Assembly: GCA_035327665.1 (NCBI GenBank)
Contig: DAOLCW010000006.1
Location: 165-64,164 of the forward strand
Direction of reading: 5' to 3'
Length of the DNA: 64,000 bases
Origin: Kiritimatiellia bacterium
GTDB lineage: Bacteria; Verrucomicrobiota; Kiritimatiellia; CAIVKH01
Each line of letters begins with the position of its first letter. Position 1 is the first letter of the stretch. A model generated the notes under the pieces. The model did not search any database, was not told where the DNA came from, and was given only the letters and a program-made list of their open reading frames with translations. A program made the position numbers and the translations under genes. Below are positions 17,934 to 29,107 of this stretch, piece after piece.

Positions 17934-19226
17934 ATGAAGTCCCACGCCACCATTCAAGCCGCCCGCCTGTTGTCCATACAACATCGCATCCTGCTCGCCG
18001 TCCTGTCCTGCATCCCCCCCGTCATCCTCCTTGTCCTCGCCATGGCCGGATGGGGTGCCGGCATGGCCGTCCCCGGACTCTATTTCACCCTCATCAAGAC
18101 CATGACCTTCGCCACCGGAATCGTCATCGCCATCCTCTGTTTCCTGCAGCTTGCCGAAACCGGCCAATTGTTAAAAGCGGTCATCGCAACCCCCCTCCTC
18201 GTCGGTGGCATCCTTTCCCTCGTTCAGGTCCTCGCCGCCGAGCAAGTCCTTCCCTACACCATGCCCAGCGCCGGGATCGTCATCGCCACCTGGCATGTCT
18301 CGGAAATCCTTGTCCTGACCTTCCTCTCCATTCTGTCTGCCATCTTCCTCATGTCCGACTCCATCAAAGGCCGTACCCGCCAGCAAAAGGCCTTTCTCCT
18401 CGTCACCGGACTTGGCACCGCCCTCTCCCTCCTCGGTGTCATGATCCTCTATTTCGTCGCCAACCACCCGGCCCTGATCGCTCCGTTCGCCGAAGAAGGA
18501 GCCTGGCTACCTCCCGTTCTCGGGTGGGCCGCCCTTGCCCTCATCCTCGCCCTTGCCTTTGTCATCCTACCCACCTACATGCTCTGGCAACCCAGCGCAT
18601 TCCTGCAGCTCACCCTGCTCGCCTGCCTTCCCCTTGCGCTTGCCCATGGCATCATGGCCATCACCCCCACCCTCGACCATGGGCTCGTCTTCGCCGCCGT
18701 AAACACTGCCATCTTCACCGCCTACTTGCTCCCCGCCGTCGGACTGATCCTCGACTACCGTTGGACCTATCAAGCCACTCAACTCGCCAACCAAACCCTC
18801 CGTAATGAATGCTTCCTCGCCAACCAGCTCCAAGCCACCTCGAACTTCCAGGAACAACGCCTCAATGCCCTCGTCGACAACATTCTCCAACCCGTCTTCT
18901 ACTTCGACACCTCCTTCCACCTCGTTAAGGTAAACCGGCTCGGTGCCAAGATCGGACTGAACAACCCTGACGCCAACCCCATCGGCCGCACCCCCCGCGA
19001 CATTCTCAAACCCGGCCTCGCCGAAGTCATTCTCGAAGGCGGGCACGAACTTCTTGCTGGCCAGAAGGGCCTCAGCCTTTCCGACGACTGGATATCCAAT
19101 GGCAAGGACAATCCGCGCACCACCTACCGCTGGCACTTTCACGCCATCTACAGCGAAGAGCAGAATGCGGTGGGACTCATGGTCCTCGGCGAAGAAATCG
19201 GAGCCCCCGCCCCTGTACTCGCATAA
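17934..19226 (+). CDS. polytopic membrane protein with C-terminal PAS-like domain and no output domain
   Basis: ATG at 17934 with AAAGGAG 8 nt upstream. About 8 predicted TM helices. The C-terminal 130 aa look PAS-like (LVDNILQPVFYFDTSFHLVKVNRLGAKIGLN…GRTPRDIL…TTYRWHFHAIYSEEQNAVGLMVLGEEI). Confidence 0.65.
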   Translation: MKSHATIQAARLLSIQHRILLAVLSCIPPVILLVLAMAGWGAGMAVPGLYFTLIKTMTFATGIVIAILCFLQLAETGQLLKAVIATPLLVGGILSLVQVLAAEQVLPYTMPSAGIVIATWHVSEILVLTFLSILSAIFLMSDSIKGRTRQQKAFLLVTGLGTALSLLGVMILYFVANHPALIAPFAEEGAWLPPVLGWAALALILALAFVILPTYMLWQPSAFLQLTLLACLPLALAHGIMAITPTLDHGLVFAAVNTAIFTAYLLPAVGLILDYRWTYQATQLANQTLRNECFLANQLQATSNFQEQRLNALVDNILQPVFYFDTSFHLVKVNRLGAKIGLNNPDANPIGRTPRDILKPGLAEVILEGGHELLAGQKGLSLSDDWISNGKDNPRTTYRWHFHAIYSEEQNAVGLMVLGEEIGAPAPVLA

Positions 19227-19278
19227 CTCAACCTTGAGGTGAAAAAAACGGCGCAATCCATCCGCGTGACCGGACAAT

Positions 19279-19659
19279 CTACACCGTAGCATGCTCCTTC
19301 AATTGCTCCAGCGAAACATACGCCAAAACCATCCGCCCCGTCGCCCGCAAAATCACCGGGGGTGCCACCCCCGCCTCGTACGCCTCCTTCCAACGTCCGG
19401 CGCATACGCACCAGCGATCTCCCGGCTTCAATCCCGGAAAACCGTACTCTGGCCGCGGCGTGGAAAGATCGTTTCCCCGCTCCGCGCTGAACCGCAGAAA
19501 GACCTCCGTCATCTCCGCGCATACCGCATGACACCCCACATCCCCTTCCGGCGTTTCACAACACCCGCTCCGCAAAAAGCCCGTCAGCGGATCGAGACTG
19601 CAAGATACCAAAGGGCCACCCAAAACATTCGTAGCCGAACCATCATCACCAGGTTTCAT
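19279..19659 (-). CDS. DUF2237 family protein
   Basis: NVLGGPLVSCSLDPLTGFLRSGCCETPEGDVGCHAVCAEMTEVFLRFSAERGNDLSTPRPEYGFPGLKPGDRWCVCAGRWKEAYEAG matches the DUF2237 consensus closely, recalled from memory. The start is the internal ATG at 19659 (MKPGDDG). Confidence 0.7.
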   Translation of the reverse strand: MKPGDDGSATNVLGGPLVSCSLDPLTGFLRSGCCETPEGDVGCHAVCAEMTEVFLRFSAERGNDLSTPRPEYGFPGLKPGDRWCVCAGRWKEAYEAGVAPPVILRATGRMVLAYVSLEQLKEHATV

Positions 19660-19893
19660 GTCATCATCAAAAAGTCCGGCCCCATTCCTTGTCAAGAAAA
19701 GCTGCATGAAATCTCCCCATATCACTCCCCCCTCGCAATGAACCAACCGCGATATGAAAGCCGAACCTTTCCGACGCCGTATTCGGGACGAGAGAAAACC
19801 ATCGGAGAGGCGCCCTCTCGCCAATGAAACCCCAGAACCATGCGTTGACCTAACCCGCGCGAAACTTTAACATACGACAAGAACAGATTGAGC

Positions 19894-21120
19894 ATGTCGG
19901 CGATCCCGCAATCAACATCCGGCGAACCGCTCTTCACTGTTCGCCAACGGACACCTTACGTTATGCGCATTGAACAAACACGCTGGACCCAAGCCTCCGG
20001 CTGGCGACCTCATCCCCCCGGACAACGTAACCTTGATGCCTCGCTAGTGCTCGTCTTCGGAGGAAGCGCCCTCTTTCGCGAAGCCGCGTTCTTCGGATCG
20101 CTGTCCGCCATCTATCCCCAAGCCCTCATCGTCGGATGCTCAACCGCCGGGGAAATTTGTGGCACGGATGTCACCGATGATAGCCTCGTCTGCACCGCAG
20201 TCCAATTCGAACAGGCAACCTGCCGGGGTGCCATGTCCGCGATTCCATCTCCTGATCAAAGCCGGGTAGTCGGGCAGAGTCTCGCCCGCCAGGTACTCGC
20301 CGAAGATCTTCGCCATGTGCTCGTGTTTTCCGACGGTCTGGGGGTGAACGGCTCCGAACTGGTCGCCGGCCTCCGCGATGTCTTGCCAGCCTCGGTAAGC
20401 CTCACCGGCGGACTCGCTGGCGATGGCGACCGCTTTCAGGAAACGTATGTCGTCTGGCGCGCCTTCCCCCAGCGCAACAACGTCGTCGCTCTTGGCCTTT
20501 ACGGCCACTCCCTGTCCATCGGTTACGGCTCCCTCGGAGGCTGGGATGCCTTCGGCCCCGAACGCATCGTCACCCGCTCCGCTGGCAATGTCCTCTACGA
20601 GCTCGACGGCATATCCGCCCTCGAACTCTATCGCAAATACCTAGGGGAACACGCACAAGGACTTCCCGCAACCGGTCTCCTCTTCCCTCTCGCCATCCGC
20701 ACCGACCACACCAGCCCCGACCTTGTCCGCACCATCCTTTCCGTAAACGAGCATGACCAAAGCATGACCTTCGCTGGCGATATTCCCGAAGGTGCGTATG
20801 CCCGGCTTATGAAGGCCAACTTCGACCGTTTGATCGACGGCGCCGTCGGGGCGGCTTCGGCCTGCCGCTCCCTCCTAGGCCTCAACCGTCCTGAACTTGC
20901 CATTCTCATCAGTTGCGTCGGAAGAAAAATGGTCCTTAAACAACGAATCGAAGAAGAGGTCGAAGGCGTCCGCGATGTCATCGGCGCATCCACCCCCCTC
21001 ACTGGATTCTACTCCTATGGAGAAATCTCCCCGGCTGGCCCCTTGAATGGCTGTGAACTCCACAACCAAACCATGACCATCACCGCTTTCGCCGAGGCCA
21101 CGCGTGAAGAACAGGCATAG
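19894..21120 (+). CDS. FIST-domain sensory protein (FIST_N + FIST_C)
   Basis: The first ATG is at 19894; the track start at 19888 is TTG. LVLVFGGSALF…LIVGCSTAGEI…HVLVFSDGLGVNGSELVAGL…LTGGLAGDGDRFQETYVV… then ILISCVGRKMVLKQRIEEEVEGV…GFYSYGEISP match the FIST N/C architecture. Confidence 0.7.
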   Translation: MSAIPQSTSGEPLFTVRQRTPYVMRIEQTRWTQASGWRPHPPGQRNLDASLVLVFGGSALFREAAFFGSLSAIYPQALIVGCSTAGEICGTDVTDDSLVCTAVQFEQATCRGAMSAIPSPDQSRVVGQSLARQVLAEDLRHVLVFSDGLGVNGSELVAGLRDVLPASVSLTGGLAGDGDRFQETYVVWRAFPQRNNVVALGLYGHSLSIGYGSLGGWDAFGPERIVTRSAGNVLYELDGISALELYRKYLGEHAQGLPATGLLFPLAIRTDHTSPDLVRTILSVNEHDQSMTFAGDIPEGAYARLMKANFDRLIDGAVGAASACRSLLGLNRPELAILISCVGRKMVLKQRIEEEVEGVRDVIGASTPLTGFYSYGEISPAGPLNGCELHNQTMTITAFAEATREEQA

Positions 21121-22822
21121 CCTTCTTCAACGCCAACTCCGAAAACTTTTCGGAGACACCCAACCTGTGCCTGCGTCATGGGAACCCATCCTCAACATGG
21201 TCGATCAAGCCTACCATGAATTCGACCGCGATCGTCACATGATCGAGCGCTCCATGGAGATCAGCGCCCAGGAGCTCCTCGAAGCCAATGCCGACATCCG
21301 CGCCGTTCTCGAAGGACTTGTCGACCTGTTCCTCCGTATTGATGAAGCTGGCATCATCCTCAATTGCCGGAGCCGCCATACCGGAAACCTGCTCAACATT
21401 GGTCCTCGCACCGTCGGCTTGTTTTTACCCGATGTCGTCCCTCCCGAACTCCGCCAAACCTTCGACAACCTCGTCGCCGACATTCGCTGTCAGCCCTCCT
21501 TCTTTCAAACCGAAATTTCCACCGGGCAAGGCCCCTCCCGACACACCTACGACCTTCGCGTCATTCCCGCCCACCACCGCCAAGTAAACATCATTCTTCG
21601 CGACATCACTGAAGCCAAACGGGCCGAAGAACGCAACCGGGACCTTGAAAGCAAACTCGCCCGCTCGGAAAAAATGGAGTCCCTCGGACTTCTCGCCGGG
21701 GGCGTCGCTCACGACCTCAACAACATTCTCGCCCCCCTCGTCACCTACCCCGAAATCATTCTCGAAGATCTTCACGACCAGCCCGAAACACGGAAGCTCG
21801 TCGAGAAAATCGAACAATCCGCCACCCGCGCCTCCGCCATCATTCAGGATCTCCTGACCCTCGCTCGCCGCGGGAACCGCCTTCTTGAACCCCTCTGTCT
21901 GAACCAGGCCATCCGGGATTACCTCGGCTCCGCCGAGCACGAACACCTCGCCACCCGCTATCCTAACCATCGACTCACCGTGACCCTCGAGGAATCCCTC
22001 CCCCTGATTTTCGCATCCCCGCCTCATGTCTCGCAAACCATCATGAATCTTGTCACCAATGCCTATGAGGCCAATCCTTACGAAGGCAACATCACCATCG
22101 CCACCTCACGCTTTGCCCAAACCAATCAAGCTGGACCAACATCCGACCAGGGGACCTTTTGCCTCCTCAAAATCAGCGACGATGGCGTCGGCATGACCCC
22201 TGAAGAAACCACCAAAATCTTCGACCCTTTCTATTCCACCAAAAAACCCGGAGCCAGCGGCACCGGACTGGGACTCTCCGTGGTCTACGGGACCATCAAG
22301 GATGCCAAAGGCTGCATCGACGTCCGGTCCTCCCCCGGCAACGGCTCCACCTTTGATCTTTACTTTCCCGCCCTCCTCGAACCCGTGTCCGAAGACGACG
22401 CAACCCGCATTCCCGATTCGGGCGTCACTACGAATACGGCAACCATTCTCACCGTGGACGATCAGTCCGAACAACGGGAAATGGTCGAAATGATCCTCAA
22501 GCGCTCCGGCTACAATGTCGTCTGTGCCGCCAATGGACGCGAAGGGGTTCACCTCCTCTCCTCCCACCCCGTCGACCTTGTCCTCCTCGACATGATTATG
22601 GAGCCCGACTACGACGGATTGCAGGCCTATCTCGATATGAAGGCCATCCGCCCCAACCTCCCCTGCCTCATCGTCACCGGCTACGCCGAAACCGACCGCG
22701 TCCGCCAAGTCATGGAAGCGGGCGCCGCTGGACTCATCGCCAAACCCTACACCAGCAAGTCCCTCCTCTCCGAAATCGAAAAGATTCTCCACGCCCGAAG
22801 CGGGCGCTCATCCGCCACGTAA
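21104..22822 (+). CDS. hybrid histidine kinase with C-terminal receiver domain
   Basis: HisKA (SEKMESLGLLAGGVAHDLNNILAPL). HATPase_c (LLKISDDGVGMTPEETTKIFDPFYSTKKPGASGTGLGLSVVYG). REC (ILTVDDQSEQREMVEMIL…VDLVLLDMIMEPDYDGLQ…LIVTGYAE…LIAKPY). The 5' codon at 21104 is GTG and overlaps the FIST gene by 17 nt; the first ATG is at 21197. Confidence 0.8.
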   Translation: MKNRHSLLQRQLRKLFGDTQPVPASWEPILNMVDQAYHEFDRDRHMIERSMEISAQELLEANADIRAVLEGLVDLFLRIDEAGIILNCRSRHTGNLLNIGPRTVGLFLPDVVPPELRQTFDNLVADIRCQPSFFQTEISTGQGPSRHTYDLRVIPAHHRQVNIILRDITEAKRAEERNRDLESKLARSEKMESLGLLAGGVAHDLNNILAPLVTYPEIILEDLHDQPETRKLVEKIEQSATRASAIIQDLLTLARRGNRLLEPLCLNQAIRDYLGSAEHEHLATRYPNHRLTVTLEESLPLIFASPPHVSQTIMNLVTNAYEANPYEGNITIATSRFAQTNQAGPTSDQGTFCLLKISDDGVGMTPEETTKIFDPFYSTKKPGASGTGLGLSVVYGTIKDAKGCIDVRSSPGNGSTFDLYFPALLEPVSEDDATRIPDSGVTTNTATILTVDDQSEQREMVEMILKRSGYNVVCAANGREGVHLLSSHPVDLVLLDMIMEPDYDGLQAYLDMKAIRPNLPCLIVTGYAETDRVRQVMEAGAAGLIAKPYTSKSLLSEIEKILHARSGRSSAT

Positions 22823-22861
22823 GAACGCAAAGAGTATACTTGTTCAAGTCGCCCAAGGTGA

Positions 22862-22880
22862 TGCGGGCTTCCAGCCCGCA
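22862..22880. terminator. perfect 8-bp GC stem-loop between convergent genes (candidate bidirectional terminator)
   Basis: TGCGGGCT-TCC-AGCCCGCA lies in the 85-nt gap between the kinase gene (+) and gatB (-). Confidence 0.35.
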
Positions 22881-22907
22881 ACCCCGCCTTTAGCCAACCG
22901 ACCAGAT

Positions 22908-24323
22908 TTACCCCAACTTGGAAAGAAGAAGCTCCCTCACCATCGGAGGATTGGCCTTGCCCCGGCTCAACTTCATCACCTGGCCGATCAAAAACTGAAG
23001 CGCCGCTTGTTTGCCCGCCCGGTAGTCCGCCACCACACTCCCGTTCCCCGCGATCACCTCATCCACAAACCCCTCAATCGCCGACGTGTCGCTCACCTGA
23101 GCCAGCCCCTTCTCCTTCACGATCGCCTGCGGATCACCTCCCTGCTCAAACAACACCGCGAACACCTCCCGCGCCCCCGGCATATTCAACACCTTCCCAT
23201 CCACCAGCTTGATCAGTTCCCCCAGCATCGCGGGCGTGATCGCCACCGCCCCGATGTCCTTCCCCTGCTCGGAAAGGCACTTCATCATCTCCACCATCAC
23301 CCAGTTCGATGCCGCCTTCGCGTTCCCGCACCCCTTCGCCGTCGCCTCGAAAAAGTCCGCCACCATCCGGTCCGCCGCCAAAACCCCTGCATCATACTCG
23401 GGAATGCCATACTCCCTCACCATCCGGTCCCGCCGGTCCGCCGGCTTTTCCGGAAGCTCCCCACGCCACGCGTCCACATCCTCCTGCTTCAACACCACCG
23501 GAAGCAGATCCGGCTCAGGAAAATAACGGTAATCGTGGGCATACTCCTTCGACCTCATCGAAAGCGTCACCCCCGCCTCGTCATCCCACCGCCGCGTCTC
23601 CTGCACGATCAAACGGCCCTTCTCCACCTCCCGGATCTGGCGCTGCAGTTCATAACTCAGCGCCCGGTGAACCCCCTTGAAGGTGTTCATGTTCTTGATC
23701 TCGGTTTTCGTGCCCAGCGGATCCCGCACCGTCGGTCGCACACTGCAATTGATGTCGCAACGGATGTTGCCCTGTTCGAGATTGCAGTCGCTAATCCCTC
23801 CATACTGCAGGATCTGTTTCAGGGCTTGAAGAAACGCGAACGCCTCATCCGCCGAATGCAATTCCGGCTCGGTCACGATCTCCATCAGCGGCGTACCCGC
23901 CCGGTTGAAGTCCACCCCGCTTGCATCCGCAAAATGGATGTTCTTCGCCACATCTTCTTCCAAATGAATTCGCGTCAGCCCCACCACCCGCTTCTCCCCG
24001 CCCACCACAATCTCCACCCCCCCGCCCGAACATAACGGCTGATCATACTGCGAGATCTGGTAGTTCTTCGCCTGATCCGGATAAAAATAATTCTTCCGGT
24101 CAAACTTGCTCTGCAAGTTGATCCGGCATCCCAGCAACAAACCTGCCATCACCGTCAACCGGATCGCCTCCCCGTTCATCACCGGCAACGCCCCCGGATA
24201 TCCCAGGCAAACCGGACACACCAGCGTGTTCGGATCATCCCCAAACCGGTTCGGACATCCGCAAAACATCTTCGTCCGCGTCCGCAACTGAACATGAACT
24301 TCCAAACCAATCGAGGGGATCAT
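22908..24323 (-). CDS. gatB: Asp/Glu-tRNA(Asn/Gln) amidotransferase subunit B
   Basis: [50 protein letters not shown]… and the C-terminal GatB/YqeY-like region. The start is the internal ATG at 24323. Confidence 0.9.
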   Translation of the reverse strand: MIPSIGLEVHVQLRTRTKMFCGCPNRFGDDPNTLVCPVCLGYPGALPVMNGEAIRLTVMAGLLLGCRINLQSKFDRKNYFYPDQAKNYQISQYDQPLCSGGGVEIVVGGEKRVVGLTRIHLEEDVAKNIHFADASGVDFNRAGTPLMEIVTEPELHSADEAFAFLQALKQILQYGGISDCNLEQGNIRCDINCSVRPTVRDPLGTKTEIKNMNTFKGVHRALSYELQRQIREVEKGRLIVQETRRWDDEAGVTLSMRSKEYAHDYRYFPEPDLLPVVLKQEDVDAWRGELPEKPADRRDRMVREYGIPEYDAGVLAADRMVADFFEATAKGCGNAKAASNWVMVEMMKCLSEQGKDIGAVAITPAMLGELIKLVDGKVLNMPGAREVFAVLFEQGGDPQAIVKEKGLAQVSDTSAIEGFVDEVIAGNGSVVADYRAGKQAALQFLIGQVMKLSRGKANPPMVRELLLSKLG

Positions 24324-25795
24324 GCCGCACCTCCCGCACCCAGCGAGGGCTTCGCATCCTTCCACGCCGTCGCCTGCTCATACCCATGACCCACCCGTAG
24401 AATCGTTGCCTCCCCAAACGCCGGACCCAGAATCTGCAATCCCACCGGCAAACCTTCTCCCGTGAATCCACACGGCACCGAAAGCCCGCAAATCCCCGCC
24501 AGGTTCGCCGTCACCGTAAAAATATCCCCCAGATACATCTTCAGCGGATCCGACGTGTGTTCCCCCAACCGGTACGCCGCCGTCGGAGCCACCGGCGTCA
24601 ACAATCCATCGCATCTCCCGAACGCCTCCTCAAAATCCCTCCGGATCAACGTCCGCACCTTTTGCGCCCGCAGGTAATACGCATCATAATACCCGCTGCT
24701 CAACACATACGTGCCGAGAATAATTCGCCGTTTCACCTCTGGCCCGAACCCTCGCGATCGCGTCTTCCCATACACATCGATCGCATCCTCCCCCTCCACC
24801 CGCGCACCGTAACGGATCCCGTCAAATCGGGCCAGGTTCGCCGACGCCTCCGCCGTCGCGACAATGTAGTACGTCCCCACCGCATACCGCGTGTGCGGCA
24901 GTGAAACCTCCACAATCTCCGCCCCCAGCTTCTCGCACACCGCCACCGCTTCCCTTACCCGCGCTTCCACCTCCGGATCCATCCCCTCGATGAAATACTC
25001 CTTCGGCAAACCCAGACGCAGCCCCTCCAACGAACCCGTCAGCCCCGCCCGGTAATCCGGCACCGGCTCCCGCACCGACGTCGAATCATACGGGTCATAA
25101 CCCGCCAAAGCCCCCAGCAGCCACGCCGCATCCTCCACCGTCTTCGTGATCGGCCCGATTTGATCTAGCGACGAAGCATACGCCGTCAATCCATACCTCG
25201 ACACCCGACCATACGTCGGCTTCAACCCCACACACCCGCAAAACGAAGCCGGCTGGCGGATCGATCCCCCCGTATCCGTCCCCAGCGCCGCCAGCGCCAA
25301 ATCCGCGCTCACCGCTGCCGCCGAGCCCCCCGACGATCCCCCCGGCACCCGGTCCGTGTTCCACGGATTGCGGGTTGGACCAAACGCCGACGCCTCATTG
25401 CTCGACCCCATCGCGAACTCGTCCATGTTCACCCGGCCCAGCGGAAACGCTCCTCCCGCTTTCAGCCGCGCCACCACCGTCGCATCGTAAGGCGATTGAT
25501 ACCCCTCCAAAATCCTCGATCCGCACGTGCAAGGCTGACCCCTCACATTAAGCAAATCCTTCATCGCCACCGGCAGCCCCGTCATCGGTCCTGCCTCCCC
25601 CCGCACCCGCGCCGCATCTGCCGCCGCCGCAAACCCCAACGCCTGTTCTGCATCCACATGCACAAACGCCCCAACCCCCGGGTCCACCCTCTCCACCCGT
25701 TCCAGCAGCGCCTTCACCAGCTCCACCGAGGAAATCCCCCCGGAACCAAGTTCCGCCGCCGCCCTCGTCAATGTCCAACCTGTCGGATCGCTCAT
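24320..25795 (-). CDS. gatA: Glu-tRNA(Gln) amidotransferase subunit A (amidase signature family)
   Basis: Amidase signature [36 protein letters not shown]. The start is the internal ATG at 25795 (MSDPTGW). There is a 4-nt overlap with gatB. Confidence 0.9.
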   Translation of the reverse strand: MSDPTGWTLTRAAAELGSGGISSVELVKALLERVERVDPGVGAFVHVDAEQALGFAAAADAARVRGEAGPMTGLPVAMKDLLNVRGQPCTCGSRILEGYQSPYDATVVARLKAGGAFPLGRVNMDEFAMGSSNEASAFGPTRNPWNTDRVPGGSSGGSAAAVSADLALAALGTDTGGSIRQPASFCGCVGLKPTYGRVSRYGLTAYASSLDQIGPITKTVEDAAWLLGALAGYDPYDSTSVREPVPDYRAGLTGSLEGLRLGLPKEYFIEGMDPEVEARVREAVAVCEKLGAEIVEVSLPHTRYAVGTYYIVATAEASANLARFDGIRYGARVEGEDAIDVYGKTRSRGFGPEVKRRIILGTYVLSSGYYDAYYLRAQKVRTLIRRDFEEAFGRCDGLLTPVAPTAAYRLGEHTSDPLKMYLGDIFTVTANLAGICGLSVPCGFTGEGLPVGLQILGPAFGEATILRVGHGYEQATAWKDAKPSLGAGGAA

Positions 25796-25799
25796 CGTC

Positions 25800-26093
25800 T
25801 TACTCGATAATCCTTGGCACCAAAAACTGCCCCGAACGACTCGCTGGCGCATTTCGCATCACCGCGTCATGCTCCAAGCCCGCCCGGACGACATCCTCCC
25901 GGAACACATTCGTCACCGGCACCGCATGCGAAGTCGGCTCCACCCCTTCCACGTCCAGACCACTTAGCTCCTGAACATAGCTAAGAATGTCATTCAGCTG
26001 CCGGCCAAACGTCGCCTTCTCCTCCTCGCTCAGGAAAATCCGGGCCAGCTTCGCCACATAATCCACATCAAACGTCTCATCTGCGTTTTGCAT
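25800..26093 (-). CDS. gatC: Glu-tRNA(Gln) amidotransferase subunit C
   Basis: [56 protein letters not shown] is typical GatC. The start is the internal ATG at 26093. Confidence 0.8.
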   Translation of the reverse strand: MQNADETFDVDYVAKLARIFLSEEEKATFGRQLNDILSYVQELSGLDVEGVEPTSHAVPVTNVFREDVVRAGLEHDAVMRNAPASRSGQFLVPRIIE

Positions 26094-26295
26094 GCCATCC
26101 TTATACGTTTCTCCTCCCCGGTGCGCAAGCCGTTGTCTGAAAATCGGGCGCACCCCCACATGGCAAGGCTGTCACCCTTTATGGAGGGCGGAGCTCCGCG
26201 ACGCCGCAGTCGGAACAAGATGAACAAATCGGAGATCCGCTCCTGAACATCCACTTGCTCAATGCGCCCTTCCCGCGTAGCATCCCCCGCCAATC

Positions 26296-27387
26296 ATGTT
26301 GGATCACGCCTACATCGAACGCATCGCCTCCCGCCTCCAGGAACTCGAACGGGAACTCTCCCTCCCCGAAACCTCCGCCCAGCCCGCCATCTATCGCGAC
26401 CGCGTCCGCGAACATCAGCGCCTTCAGGACATCCTCGCCAAAGGCCGCGCTACCCTCTCCCTCAAGGACCGCCTCAACGAAGCCCGCGAACTCAAAGACC
26501 ACCACGACACCGACCCCGACCTCCGCACCATGGCCATCGAGGAAATCAAATCCATCGAAAGCCAACTCCCCGAAGCCGAGCGCCAGGCCATGATCGCCCT
26601 CATCCCTCCCGACCCCGACGACAGCCGAAACACCATCGTCGAAATCCGCGCCGGCACCGGAGGCGAGGAAGCCGCCCTCTTCGCCGCCGACCTCTACCGC
26701 ATGTACCAGCGCTACGCCGAAAGCCGTGGCTGGACCATTCGCCTCATCGATGTCAGCTATGCCGGCCAAGGTGGCTTCAAGGAAATCGTCTTCCAGGTCG
26801 AAGGTGAGGACGTTTACCGCACCCTCCGCTACGAAAGTGGAGGACACCGCGTACAGCGTATTCCCGTCACCGAAGCTGGCGGGCGCATTCATACCTCCGC
26901 CGCCACCGTCGCCGTCCTCCCCGAAGCCGAGGAAATCGACGACGTCAACATCCGCCCCGAAGACATCCGCATCGACCTCTACCGCGCCTCCGGGCCCGGC
27001 GGACAGAAAGTCAACAAAACCGAGTCCGCCGTCCGCATCACCCACCTCCCCACCGGAATCGTCGCCCAAAGCCAGGACGAACGCTCCCAGCACAGCAATC
27101 GCGACCGCGCCATGGTCGTTCTCAAAACCCGTATCCTCGACAAAATCCGCTCCGAAGACGCCGCCTCCAAGGCCAGCGAACGCAAATCACAAGTCGGTTC
27201 CGGCGACCGCAGCGAGCGCATCCGCACCTACAACTTCCCTCAAAATCGCGTCACCGATCACCGCATCAACCTCACCCTCTACAACCTCTCCCAAATCATC
27301 GAGGGCGACCTCTCCGAACTCGTCTCCGCCCTCCAGGACCGCCACATCCAGGAAAAACTCGCCGCCATCTTCCAGCACGGCGCCTGA
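26296..27387 (+). CDS. prfA: peptide chain release factor 1
   Basis: ATG at 26296. [29 protein letters not shown]…VQRIPVTE…[25 protein letters not shown] contains the GGQ motif and RF1-type tripeptide-recognition region. Confidence 0.9.
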   Translation: MLDHAYIERIASRLQELERELSLPETSAQPAIYRDRVREHQRLQDILAKGRATLSLKDRLNEARELKDHHDTDPDLRTMAIEEIKSIESQLPEAERQAMIALIPPDPDDSRNTIVEIRAGTGGEEAALFAADLYRMYQRYAESRGWTIRLIDVSYAGQGGFKEIVFQVEGEDVYRTLRYESGGHRVQRIPVTEAGGRIHTSAATVAVLPEAEEIDDVNIRPEDIRIDLYRASGPGGQKVNKTESAVRITHLPTGIVAQSQDERSQHSNRDRAMVVLKTRILDKIRSEDAASKASERKSQVGSGDRSERIRTYNFPQNRVTDHRINLTLYNLSQIIEGDLSELVSALQDRHIQEKLAAIFQHGA

Positions 27388-27420
27388 CCACGCTGTCGCT
27401 ACAGCTTATCTTAAACTGCC

Positions 27421-28218
27421 CTAATCATCCTCCCCTGCCACCGCCGACTTCGCGCAAATTCCCCGCTCCGATCCCTCCACAAACTCCAGCACCTCCAGCG
27501 CCGGCCCCTCCGTGAACTCCGCCTTCATCTTCTTCAGCGCCTGCGACACATTCAGCCCCGACCGGTAAAGCAAATCGAACGCCCGCCGGACCTCCTTGCG
27601 CTGTTCCGGCGCAAACCCCGCCCGGCGCAGCCCCACCACATTCAAACCCACGATCAAATTCACATCCCCGCTCCGCGTCATGCAAAACGGTGGCACATCC
27701 TTCCCGATCGCGCTCAACCCCCCCAGCATTGCCAACCGCCCAATCCGCACAAATTGATGCACCACACAATTCCCGCTTAAAAACGCACCATCCCCCACCA
27801 CCACATACCCCGCCAGCAAAACCCCATTCGCCAGGATCACCTTCTCGCCAAGCTCAACATTATGGGCCAGATGCGAATTCGCCATCAGATAACACCCCCG
27901 CCCCACCACCGTCTTCGTCCCCCCCTTCGTTCCCCGGTGGATCGTCACCGCCTCCCGGATCACGCAGTCATCTCCGATCTCCACAAAACTCGTCACCGGT
28001 TTGAACACCAAATCCTGCGGCGTATCCCCCACTACCGCATGCGCATGAATCTCGCACCCCTTCCCGATCCGCGTGTGAGGATGAATCACCACATGGGGCC
28101 CGATCCGCGTCTTCTCCCCCACCTCCACATCCCCCTCAATCACCGCATACGGCCCCACCACCACCCCCGCCCCAAGTTTCGCGCCCGGATCAACAACCGC
28201 CGTAGGATGAATCGACAT
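27421..28218 (-). CDS. lpxA: acyl-ACP–UDP-N-acetylglucosamine O-acyltransferase
   Basis: MSIHPTAVVDPGAKLGAGVVVGPYAVIEGDVEVGEKTRIGPHVVIHPHTRIG… hexapeptide repeats plus the LpxA C-terminal helical domain. The first ATG is at 28218; the track start at 28224 is TTG. Confidence 0.85.
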   Translation of the reverse strand: MSIHPTAVVDPGAKLGAGVVVGPYAVIEGDVEVGEKTRIGPHVVIHPHTRIGKGCEIHAHAVVGDTPQDLVFKPVTSFVEIGDDCVIREAVTIHRGTKGGTKTVVGRGCYLMANSHLAHNVELGEKVILANGVLLAGYVVVGDGAFLSGNCVVHQFVRIGRLAMLGGLSAIGKDVPPFCMTRSGDVNLIVGLNVVGLRRAGFAPEQRKEVRRAFDLLYRSGLNVSQALKKMKAEFTEGPALEVLEFVEGSERGICAKSAVAGEDD

Positions 28219-28381
28219 AAACAAGTCTCCAAGTCCCCATCATGGGGATGAGAAAAACTATCATTCCCCCATATCGTCCCTCAACAACGATTTCCAATCC
28301 GGCCCAAACGAGCGACAAAAAAAGGATTCAAGTGCATCTCATCTCGAGTACCCATTTTTCCTATCCTCTGATTGCCCAATC

Positions 28382-29107
28382 CTAAAACCCTACCAGCCCG
28401 CTCTCCCGCAGGCTGATAAAATCCACCGACCGGTCCTCCGTCCGCTGGCCCATGATGATATGATCCAGCACCTGAATATCCACAATCTTCCCCGCCTCGA
28501 TCAATTGCCGGGTGATCCGCAAATCCTCCGCCGACGGAGTCGGATCTCCCGACGGATGATTATGTACCATCACAATCGCCGCGCTGCACGACCGGATCGC
28601 CTCCTTGAACACATCCCGCGGATGAACCAGGCACGCATCCAGCGTCCCCTTCCCGATCTCCTGCGGCGGTCGCCGCAGCCGGTACTTCGTATCCAGCAGC
28701 AACACCCAGAACGACTCCGTATCCCGCCCCATCGTACGCTCCCGGATCACCTGGGCCGCCGCTTCCGGCGTCCGTACATCCGGCGCCGTCTGCACCGGGT
28801 TCCGGATCATCCTCCGCCCCAGCTCCAGGGCTGCCTTCACCACCTGGGCCCGCACCTTCCCCACCCCGCTCACCCCCGCCAGCTCGTCCACCGACACCCG
28901 CGACATCTCCTGCAGCGTCCCATACCGCAGCAGCAAATCCTCCGCCACATCCACCACGCTCTTCCCCCGGATCCCGCTCCGCAGCACAATCGACAGCAGC
29001 ACCCGGTCGTTCACCTGCTCCGCCCCCAGCTCGTCCATCAACTCCCGCGGCCGCTCCGCCATCGGCAAGTCCTGGATCCGGCGCGCGCTAATCTCATACG
29101 TGGCCAT
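28382..29107 (-). CDS. radC: RadC-like JAB-domain protein
   Basis: N-terminal HhH region (ELLAILLRSG-like: LLSIVLRSGIRGKSVVDVAEDLL) and JAB/MPN motif HNHPSGDPTPSAEDLRITRQL. ATG at 29107. Confidence 0.85.
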   Translation of the reverse strand: MATYEISARRIQDLPMAERPRELMDELGAEQVNDRVLLSIVLRSGIRGKSVVDVAEDLLLRYGTLQEMSRVSVDELAGVSGVGKVRAQVVKAALELGRRMIRNPVQTAPDVRTPEAAAQVIRERTMGRDTESFWVLLLDTKYRLRRPPQEIGKGTLDACLVHPRDVFKEAIRSCSAAIVMVHNHPSGDPTPSAEDLRITRQLIEAGKIVDIQVLDHIIMGQRTEDRSVDFISLRESGLVGF

